In this document: positions 1-7,919 of the stretch, piece after piece
Numbering within the stretch: position 1 is the first letter of the stretch
Layout of the letters: each line of letters starts with the position of its first letter
NCBI GenBank assembly: GCA_019056805.1
Contig: DXJG01000002.1
Span: forward strand, 283,103 to 315,102
Length of the DNA: 32,000 bases
Source: Candidatus Baldrarchaeota archaeon
Lineage (GTDB): Archaea > Asgardarchaeota > Baldrarchaeia > Baldrarchaeales > DXJG01
Reading direction: 5' to 3'
The notes under the pieces: generated by a model
Database searches by the model: none
What the model saw: the letters and a program-made list of their open reading frames with translations, nothing else
Told to the model about the DNA's origin: nothing
Position numbers and translations under genes: made by a program

Positions 1-426
1 TTTATCCCTGATCTTTTTTCCTGAAAGAAGAGTAGCTACTCCTCCAGAAGTTTTAATAGCTATTACTGGTTTTTCTTCAGCAAGAGCTAAGCCTATCTCT
101 GAAAGTGTTCCAGGGCCTCCTGAAATAGCTATAACAACATCACTAGAATTTACAACAATTAGATTTCTAGCACGGCCTATCCCTGTCGGAATAGCTATAT
201 CTATATAAGGGTTAGCTTCAGATCTAGATTTACCAGGCAATATTCCAATAGTTATACCTCCATTTTGCTTTGCACCTTTTGCAGCAGCCTCCATCACTCC
301 TCCCTTGCCTCCACATACCAAAATTCCTCCTCTTTTTGCTATTTCCCTTCCAACTTCTTCCGCTATCTTTCTAATGTCCTCGCTTATTTCTCCATCAGTT
401 CCAATAACGCCAATAAAATATGGCAT
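1..426 (-). CDS. TIGR00725/LOG-family Rossmann-fold nucleotide-binding protein (3' end runs off window)
   Basis: Not in the ORF track; translated by hand from ATG at 426 (GAGGTGA SD upstream): MPYFIGVIGTDG...LVCGGKGGVMEAAAKGAK...TIGILPG...NPYIDIAIPTGIGRARN...GGPGTLSEIGLA. The frame is open to position 1. Confidence 0.88.
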   Translation of the reverse strand, partial: MPYFIGVIGTDGEISEDIRKIAEEVGREIAKRGGILVCGGKGGVMEAAAKGAKQNGGITIGILPGKSRSEANPYIDIAIPTGIGRARNLIVVNSSDVVIAISGGPGTLSEIGLALAEEKPVIAIKTSGGVATLLSGKKIRDK

Positions 427-478
427 TTAATCACCTCAAATTTAAATTTTCAAATACTTCTTTTCCTTAGGTGCTAAT

Positions 479-949
479 ATGACTATCTTTAACGTCAAAA
501 TGAGATGGAAAGATCTACTAGATTTCTACGAAAAATTGAAAGACGAAATAGAAGATGTTAAAGGTTACGATTACAGTAAAAATATATGGATTAACAATTT
601 CCAAAATCTAATGAGAGAATCTACAATTTCACTAATCATATTTAAACTTAAAAGCGGAGATTACATTCATATCCAAATATCACCTGATGTAAAACCGCAA
701 ATAACTTTAACACGAGAAGATATTGATAAGATTTCTCTCTGGAAAGATTTTTTTAAAACAAATTTAAGTTGGGAAGAGTTAAACTTGCTTAGAAAAGCAA
801 AAGACCAATTACCTCACAAGTTTTCCCTCGAAGAATTAAAAGAAACCCTTAAAATATTAGATATAGAAGAGGAAGAAGAAAAAGCAGCTAAGAAAACACT
901 ATATAATAAAATAACCAGCATAATTCAAAAAATTAAAAGGGAAATTTAA
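479..949 (+). CDS. hypothetical protein (156 aa)
   Basis: ORF with AGGTG SD upstream and protein-like composition; no recognisable motif. Confidence 0.7.
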   Translation: MTIFNVKMRWKDLLDFYEKLKDEIEDVKGYDYSKNIWINNFQNLMRESTISLIIFKLKSGDYIHIQISPDVKPQITLTREDIDKISLWKDFFKTNLSWEELNLLRKAKDQLPHKFSLEELKETLKILDIEEEEEKAAKKTLYNKITSIIQKIKREI

Positions 950-971
950 TTTCAAGCGTCGGTGTATCAAC

Positions 972-2153
972 TTGGTTGAAAATTATGATCCAATTAAAGT
1001 TTTAGATGAAAAGAAAGAGTTACTAAAAGAGTTAGAAAAAATAATCGGGCAAACCAACATTAAAAAAGTTAAAGAGGATTCACATTCATATAGAATTCCC
1101 AGACCATGTGGAATAACCGTTCATCCAGGTATTGGATGTCCAAATAAATGTCTTTACTGTTATCTGGTTGATTTCGGGCCTAATTTTCAAACACCAAAAC
1201 CTTACAAATTAAATGGACTTGAAGTTTCTCTTTCTCTACTTTACAACAAATGGTTTGTACCAGGTAAAATGGGGACATTCATAGCTATAGGCAGTGTTTG
1301 CGAACCTTTTCACCCAATTTGCTATGCAAAAACTATCGATTACCTTAAGTCTTTTGCTAAGTACCTAAAAAACCCTATGCAATTTTCAACAAAAGCCTTT
1401 TTAAACGCCGAGCAAGTTAATGAAATTTCTGAAGCTGTTAATAATCAACCTCTTAGTCCTCTCGTTACTATAATAACAATAAAAAACGCCAAAAAACTAG
1501 AACCAAACGTTCCATCACCAGTCAAAAGATTTGAAACCATTTCAAATTTAAGAGATGCTGGTTTCAAACCTATTCTCTTTTTAAGACCAATCATTCCTGG
1601 AATTACTGACAAAGAGTTTGAACAAATTTTCGAAAAAGCATCAAATGCTGGAGCAATAGGCGTCGTTATCGGCACTTTTAGAATTTCCAGAAAAATATTG
1701 GAAAGACTTAAACAAGCTCACATAAATTTGCGTCCCATAAAAGAAAGAGCAATAAAAATTGAAGAGAAACAAATATATTTAAAAGGCAGAGATCTAAAAG
1801 AAACTGCTTTTAAATTAGCTAAAGAATTCAAACTTATACCCTTTAATTCAGCTTGTTGTGCCAATGCTTTCAACGCTTCAGTTCCATGTACAAATGTTTG
1901 CTGGGCGACTAAATTTTGTACAAGTTGTCCCAATAACTGTAAACATCAAGAAATACGCCTTTCAATTGAAAAAATCGATCATATAATTAAAAGAATTCTA
2001 AATGTACAATTAATTGACTTGAAAATAGATAAAAATTATATTAAACTTTTTATTCCGAAAAGCGAATTGAAAGAGATGAAAAGAGAACGAAAAGGCTTTT
2101 TAGAATTACTAAAGACTTTATTACGCAGAAAAATAGAATTTAAGACCATTTGA
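972..2153 (+). CDS. radical SAM protein (SPL-like archaeal family) with Cys-rich C-terminal segment
   Basis: CxxxCxxC motif (GCPNKCLYCY); GSVCEPF, FSTK and LRPIIPG segments; distal CC..C..C..CxxCxxxC cluster. Confidence 0.85.
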   Translation: MVENYDPIKVLDEKKELLKELEKIIGQTNIKKVKEDSHSYRIPRPCGITVHPGIGCPNKCLYCYLVDFGPNFQTPKPYKLNGLEVSLSLLYNKWFVPGKMGTFIAIGSVCEPFHPICYAKTIDYLKSFAKYLKNPMQFSTKAFLNAEQVNEISEAVNNQPLSPLVTIITIKNAKKLEPNVPSPVKRFETISNLRDAGFKPILFLRPIIPGITDKEFEQIFEKASNAGAIGVVIGTFRISRKILERLKQAHINLRPIKERAIKIEEKQIYLKGRDLKETAFKLAKEFKLIPFNSACCANAFNASVPCTNVCWATKFCTSCPNNCKHQEIRLSIEKIDHIIKRILNVQLIDLKIDKNYIKLFIPKSELKEMKRERKGFLELLKTLLRRKIEFKTI

Positions 2154-2196
2154 TAGCTAATAGACACTATTTCAAAGAAATAAAAGAAATTAGATT

Positions 2197-2607
2197 TTAG
2201 CAAGTTTTTTCTTGTAAATATTGAGCCAATAGTTTTCCTCCCGGTGTTAAACACGCTGGTAAGCCTTTGTTGTTTTCATTTCCACCCTGTAATAGACCTG
2301 CCTTTCGTAGTACATTGACGTTCCACTTGACAGTTGAAGGAGGCATCTTCAATTCTTTAGAAATCTTTTCTATCAGAGAATTCAGTGTCATTTTTTCATG
2401 TTGTAGAAGTTTATGTGCCAAAAGCAATAGTTGCTTTTGTTTCTTCGATAGCCTAGTTTCGGCAAGCTTTATGAATACTGTTAAAATTTCTGAAAAATCT
2501 TTGGCAGAAACAGATATGCCTATAGCAAAACTAGTTAAGAACGCAACGCCCTTCTCTAGGTGGAACACAAATTTCGGAAGCCCCTCGCTTCTTCCTGTAA
2601 ACCCCAC
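2197..2607 (-). CDS. winged helix-turn-helix protein, putative transcription regulator (start uncertain)
   Basis: LSKKQKQLL...TLNSLIEKISKELKMPPSTVKWNVNVLRKAGLL...LTPGG fits a wHTH pattern. Confidence 0.7.
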   Translation of the reverse strand: MGFTGRSEGLPKFVFHLEKGVAFLTSFAIGISVSAKDFSEILTVFIKLAETRLSKKQKQLLLLAHKLLQHEKMTLNSLIEKISKELKMPPSTVKWNVNVLRKAGLLQGGNENNKGLPACLTPGGKLLAQYLQEKTC

Positions 2608-2708
2608 TAGATTTAGCCATTGTCAGTCACCAATACCCACCTTATATTGCAACCCTTAAAAATTTTTAGGTAAAAATAATTGACAACATACTGTATTAAT
2701 GTAAAGTG

Positions 2709-2819
2709 CTATTCTTGTCTTGGTACCACTCTTTTTATCTCTTCAAGTAACTCTTGGAGATGTTTTTCCAATTTTGCCTTTTGATTTTCTCCTTTAGTTT
2801 CTTCTTTTTTCTCTTCCAT
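2709..2819 (-). CDS. small 36-aa charged helical protein
   Basis: ATG at 2819 with GGAGG SD upstream; MEEKKEETKGENQKAKLEKHLQELLEEIKRVVPRQE*. Below the ORF-track cutoff. Confidence 0.6.
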   Translation of the reverse strand: MEEKKEETKGENQKAKLEKHLQELLEEIKRVVPRQE

Positions 2820-2927
2820 TGTTGCAACCCTCCTAACTACAAGAGTTAAAAATATGTGAAGTTTTATTTAAAGTTATTTATACATTGCGAATACCACAAA
2901 AGAAAGAAAAGATATTCGTAAGATATT

Positions 2928-3425
2928 TCAAGGTCTTTGCACATATCTTACCACATATCTTAAAACTTGCTCAACAAACTGTTGTTCTTCTCTATTAATA
3001 AAATTAATATCCCAAAAAACCTTTTTTGCCTCATCTAAAAACTCTTGATTATTATAAGCAATAGCTTTTAAAAGTAGAAGAGTAAAGCGAAATACTGGTT
3101 GTCTTTTTGCTTCATCCCTACGATCTACTTTTTCCAAAAATTTTGCTAGCAAGTTTGCTGCTTTTATCGGCTTTGCTACCATTAATATGGCTAAAGCTGC
3201 ACAACAAGCATATAAAGTTGCTACCGGAATGAGATCCATTTCAAGATATTTTTTAGCAGCCATCTTATATTCTTCTACCTTCGATAGGTAAATTTCAAAC
3301 CGTTTTTCACTTATCACTGGGTCTTCAATAATTACAGGGCTCAGTATTCTTTTCCCTTTTTTTAATTGCTCTAACTTCTTTGAAAGTTCTTCTATGACCT
3401 CTTCGTCTAACCCTTTATATGTCAC
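2928..3425 (-). CDS. all-alpha helical hypothetical protein (possible SNAP/TPR-like)
   Basis: 165-aa ORF with amphipathic helical-hairpin pattern; the family assignment is by eye only. Confidence 0.6.
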   Translation of the reverse strand: MTYKGLDEEVIEELSKKLEQLKKGKRILSPVIIEDPVISEKRFEIYLSKVEEYKMAAKKYLEMDLIPVATLYACCAALAILMVAKPIKAANLLAKFLEKVDRRDEAKRQPVFRFTLLLLKAIAYNNQEFLDEAKKVFWDINFINREEQQFVEQVLRYVVRYVQRP

Positions 3426-3506
3426 AATCTAACACCGTTTGATTCTTAAGTGGAAAATGAGATTTAAGTTTAATTATTATCATGTAGAAAAGCAAGGTGC
3501 GGTAGC

Positions 3507-4163
3507 GTGTACGATCTTCATATACACAGTATTTATAGCGATGGAACAGCAGGAATAGAAGAAATATCAAAGTATGCTCAAAGAAAAGGCTTGAAAATTA
3601 TCGCAATTACAGATCATTGTTCTCATGAACCATGGGGCAGTAAACTACTTGACTTAGAAACTGTAATGGAAAGAAAAAGTATAATAGAAAGCGCAAATAG
3701 CGGAAATCTTATAGTGTTAAATGGTTTAGAGACAGATATTCTTTGGAATGGACGTATTGTTTTTCCAAAAGGGTTAAAGAAAGATTTCTTTGATGTAATC
3801 ATTGGAAGTTTCCATATGTGGGGGAACATAAGTAAATGGGAGAAAAGCCTACTAAGTGTAATTAGAAGCGGAATGGTGGATATCATAGGTCATCCACTAG
3901 CATACATTGGGAAAATTCCTTGGAACATAGCTGAAAAAATTGCAATAACAGCCGCCGACTGCGATGTAGCATTAGAACTTAACTCCCACTATTCACTTCC
4001 AGACATCGAATTTCTAGAAATATGCCGAGAATACGGAGTTAAATTTTCTATCGGAAGTGATGCCCATCACTTATATGCCATTGGAAATGTTGAGGAATGC
4101 TTAGAAATAGCCAAAAATCTCCAATTAAAACTGCTTGACCCTTACATATTCTGCAAAAAATAA
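3507..4163 (+). CDS. PHP-domain phosphoesterase (HisPPase/PolX-PHP-like)
   Basis: DLHIHSIYSDG, AITDH, GLETD, IIGSFH, DIIGHP, ELN and GSDAH motifs. Confidence 0.9.
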   Translation: MYDLHIHSIYSDGTAGIEEISKYAQRKGLKIIAITDHCSHEPWGSKLLDLETVMERKSIIESANSGNLIVLNGLETDILWNGRIVFPKGLKKDFFDVIIGSFHMWGNISKWEKSLLSVIRSGMVDIIGHPLAYIGKIPWNIAEKIAITAADCDVALELNSHYSLPDIEFLEICREYGVKFSIGSDAHHLYAIGNVEECLEIAKNLQLKLLDPYIFCKK

Positions 4164-4256
4164 CAATTAAAATATAACAAGCAAACCTGATATGCAATAC
4201 TAATTCTTAGCAAAAAATATATCCGAATTCTACAACCTAGTTTTGGAGGAGTAAAA

Positions 4257-5105
4257 ATGTCGGAAGAAATTGTAGGAGCCGAGGTAGTTAGTACAAAAGA
4301 AGGTAGACAATATCACATTAACCTAGCACCGGGAGAACTTGCAGAATATATAATTTTAGTAGGAGATCCGGCAAGAAGCCATAAAACTGCAAAGTTTTTC
4401 GATCAAATTCTGTTGAAAAGAGAAAATAGAGAGTTCATAACTTACACAGGTTTAATAGATAACATAAAAGTTTCCGTGATATCTACTGGTATAGGAACTG
4501 ACAACGTGGAAATAGTAGTTATAGAAGCTAGTCAAATAGTTAAAAATCCCACCTTCATTAGAGTAGGAAGCTGCGGAGGACTACAAAAACACATAAATTG
4601 CGGTGACCTAGTAATCTCGACCGGCGCCGTAAGATTCGAAAACACAAGTCTATACTTCGTACCAGAAGGTTATCCAGCGGTTGCAAGCTACGAAGTCGTA
4701 TTAGCCTTAATTGAAGCTGCTGAAAAACTTGGATATCCCTATCACGTAGGACTAACAGTTACCGCTTCTGGTTTTTATGGTGCCCAAGGTAGAAAAATTC
4801 CAGGGTTCCCGCTCAGATTTCCAAACTTAGTGGAAGAACTTGCAGAAAGAAATGTTTTAAACTTTGAAATGGAAAGTAGCACATTATTCACTTTAGCATG
4901 CGTAAAAGGATTTAGAGCTGGCACCGTCTGTGCAGTCTATGCAAATAGACCTAAAAACGAATTTATCAAACCTAAAGAAAAAGAAAAAGCCGAAGAAAAC
5001 TGCATAAAAACCGGCATAGAAGCTGTAAAAATACTTGCAAAAATGGACAAAGAGAAAAGAAAACAAGGTAAGAAATGGTGGCATATATCGATTTCCTCAA
5101 CCTAA
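4257..5105 (+). CDS. udp: uridine phosphorylase
   Basis: QYHINL, GDPAR, REF, STGIG, RVGSCGG, GFYGAQGR and NFEMESS motifs. Confidence 0.92.
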   Translation: MSEEIVGAEVVSTKEGRQYHINLAPGELAEYIILVGDPARSHKTAKFFDQILLKRENREFITYTGLIDNIKVSVISTGIGTDNVEIVVIEASQIVKNPTFIRVGSCGGLQKHINCGDLVISTGAVRFENTSLYFVPEGYPAVASYEVVLALIEAAEKLGYPYHVGLTVTASGFYGAQGRKIPGFPLRFPNLVEELAERNVLNFEMESSTLFTLACVKGFRAGTVCAVYANRPKNEFIKPKEKEKAEENCIKTGIEAVKILAKMDKEKRKQGKKWWHISISST

Positions 5106-6394
5106 ATTGACCATGGTCTTATTTTTCCTTCTTCCCTGGTCTCATCACTAATTTTAATACTTCCATACTGAATAATAGCTATTTTGTTTTCATCCACATT
5201 TGTTCTTATTATTAGTTCATTTGATTTGGGATTGTATTCTTTTATAATCCCCACACCAAGAAAATTCATCTTATCATCCATCAAACCAACTAAAATATCC
5301 TTAATCATACTGACCGAAACTATCCTTACATCTCTTACCTGTAAAACACGTTTTACAGCTTCAAGAGAAAGTGAATTAATCATTTCATGATTCTCAGTAA
5401 CTATCAGTAAATAATCTTCGCTCCTTTCACAGTGAACCACCTTTACCCCAAGCATAGCACTTACTCTTTCCACTAACTGTTGATCTGCAATTTTCCCAGA
5501 ACCCAATATACCATACGCCACCCCAACACGGCTTAAAGACACTTTTATTTCTCTTAAATTCTCCAAATACCTCCTAAACATAACTTCTCTCAAAAACTTC
5601 CTTTCTTCCCTATTTCTTTCTCTAATTCTAATCGGAGATTTAACCTTTATAACATTTAACTTCAACTTCCTGAGAGGAACAACTAAATGATCCAATTCTC
5701 CCTCATTTTTCTCCACTAAGATGACATGAGTAGGTTTTATAAGATAAAATAACATAGTTTTAAGCTCTCTTGCCTCCCTACCAAATACCCAGCCACACGT
5801 ATCTATCAGAATAACATCTGACCCAAGGTTAATAGCTTTTTCAACCATAAGCTTCGTACCAGCTATAGATCTTTGAATTAGCCCAGATGGACTGGTAGAA
5901 CCAACAAAAAATCCATCAATAAATTTTAAATCCGACAAAAAAGCTACAGGTTCTGTTAGAATTCCCAAACCAATTGTACATGGAGGTCCTACATCACTTT
6001 GTCCTACGTCCTCGTCCAATACTGCCACTTTAAATCCTTCTCTACATAAAATATTGCCGAGATACGTAACTAAGGTAGTTTTACCAGTATCAACATCACC
6101 AACAATAAAAACTATAGCCGGCTTCTCACTTTTCTTTAAATCCTCGGCAATCTTTACCCATTCTTCAGAAATTAACGAATAATCAACCTCTTCTACTTTA
6201 AAACCAAGCCCACCAGTTATCTCTAAACATAGTTCTGTATCTGCATGTATCCCAATGCTTTTCGCTTTTTTAACGACAATTATATCTCCCGTTCGTATAG
6301 GTTTTCCAAAAAGATCACCGGTCCCAGATTGCACTTCGATCTTTGCTGGACCATCAACAATTAATCCTTTTCCCTTGCTTACTTTCACCTGCAT
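5102..6394 (-). CDS. Clp1/Grc3/Nol9-family polynucleotide 5'-hydroxyl kinase
   Basis: Walker A GDVDTGKTT, DxDVGQSDVGPP, DTCGW, and Arg-rich lid REERKFLRE. Start placed at ATG 6394 (MQVKV) with GAAAGGGGA upstream. Confidence 0.9.
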   Translation of the reverse strand: MQVKVSKGKGLIVDGPAKIEVQSGTGDLFGKPIRTGDIIVVKKAKSIGIHADTELCLEITGGLGFKVEEVDYSLISEEWVKIAEDLKKSEKPAIVFIVGDVDTGKTTLVTYLGNILCREGFKVAVLDEDVGQSDVGPPCTIGLGILTEPVAFLSDLKFIDGFFVGSTSPSGLIQRSIAGTKLMVEKAINLGSDVILIDTCGWVFGREARELKTMLFYLIKPTHVILVEKNEGELDHLVVPLRKLKLNVIKVKSPIRIRERNREERKFLREVMFRRYLENLREIKVSLSRVGVAYGILGSGKIADQQLVERVSAMLGVKVVHCERSEDYLLIVTENHEMINSLSLEAVKRVLQVRDVRIVSVSMIKDILVGLMDDKMNFLGVGIIKEYNPKSNELIIRTNVDENKIAIIQYGSIKISDETREEGKIRPWSI

Positions 6395-6614
6395 CGCAAT
6401 CCCCTTTCTACTTATCAACTTCTGTTTGTATCTACCTTTTAGATAATTACCAACATCATCCTATATTTGTTAGTATTTTAACTTACAAACAAAAAACGTA
6501 TGTTAAAAGTCAAATTTTTAACAAAATGCTTCCAATGTAAATTAAGGACGAAAATGTTATTTACCATAAATAAGAATTACAGAGGCAAAACTGGAGTATT
6601 AAAAGGGGAGAAAA

Positions 6615-7919
6615 TTGCATAAAGATGCACGGAATAACGTAAATTTGACTAAACAACAAAAATCAGTTGAATTTGCAAATAGGATTCTCAAATATCTGAT
6701 CAGTCTTGGTAAAGATTTGGATTTTATTAATCACTTTTATGGATTAAATATTTCACAAAACGACATTAGAAGGTTTAAGGATTTTTTGAAAGTAATAAAA
6801 TTAAAGGCTAAAGGATATAGCCTCACCAAAACTTCCATGCTAGTTGGTGTTCCAAAAGATACGATTGCAAAATGGGTTTTTAACAAGAGTCTGCCATTCC
6901 TAGTTAGAATTTTTCAACATTATATCCAACTAGGAGATTCAAAAGATAAATTATGGTTGTCAGTTAATTCTACTAAAGGTGGATTGTTTACTGGGCCGTG
7001 GATACTGGTACCAGACAAAATTATTCACTATGACGACGTGTTATTTGTTATTAATCAACTTAAACCAATAAATGAATGTAAAATAAAACATCAATTTGAC
7101 TTAAAATCTGACAATCTGAAAAGAATGAAACCTAATTTTTTTGCATATCTACTTGGTATACTAGTTGGAGATGCCAGTAAAGTCGGTATAAAGAGGAAAC
7201 GAAGAACTACTAGAAGAATTTCACTATCTTTAACACGCACATATCCAACAAATGAACGATTGGGAGATTTTGTATCCCTATGTGCTAATTATTTAGGGTT
7301 ACGAATGACCAGAATAAAAGATGGACCAAAAGGTAGTAAAAATAAAAATAGCTTTTTTAGATGGAGTTCACAGTCTTCGCCATTAATTGAATGGATATTT
7401 AATGTCTGCTTAGGGCTTAACGATGATCAACTTACAACTTACGATGCAATTAAAGCCGATTGGATTTTAACTGCGCCTAAAACTTTTAGAATATGGTTTT
7501 TACAAGGACTAGCAGACTCTGACGGTTTCGTAGACTTACAAGCCCAGCAAATAGGAATCATAACGCAACCCAACACAGATTTGATTGAAAGAATTTTTAA
7601 GAGTTTAGGAGTTAATTCCAGAAAAAGAATTTTTAGCGGAAGACTAGAAGGTCTGATGATAAATATAAGAGATGCTTACAAACTTCCTATCTTTAACCCG
7701 TTGGTAAGAAGTTATAGATTTGAGTTACTAGAAAAACTTGTCAAAGCTAAAAGAATACGAGGACGTTGGCCAAAATGGTTAAGTGACAAAGTAGATACTT
7801 ACATAAGAAGCGGTTTGCAAGGAACTCAAATTGTAAAAAGAATCCTTAACGAGTTTAACATAGCTATCAGAACTAAACAAATTTATAAAAGACAAAAAGG
7901 GATAAGTCATGAAAAATAA
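6615..7919 (+). mobile_element. free-standing double-motif LAGLIDADG homing endonuclease gene
   Basis: Motif 1 FAYLLGILVGDAS and motif 2 FLQGLADSDGF, both retaining the acidic residue; N-terminal HTH-like segment (SLTKTSMLVGVPKDTIAKW). No intein C/S start or HN end. Overlaps the true kae1 start by 11 nt. Confidence 0.8.

Noticed and set aside
265-477. 70-aa plus-strand ORF and the other short antisense ORFs in the track (e.g. 1445-1675, 11331-11612, 22284-22715, 27768-28268)
   Set aside because: They are shadow frames of well-supported genes on the opposite strand or in another frame.
6615-7919. LAGLIDADG ORF as an intein or as intron-encoded
   Set aside because: It has no Hint-domain terminal motifs, no host exteins, and no flanking BHB or rRNA/tRNA exons that I could find.
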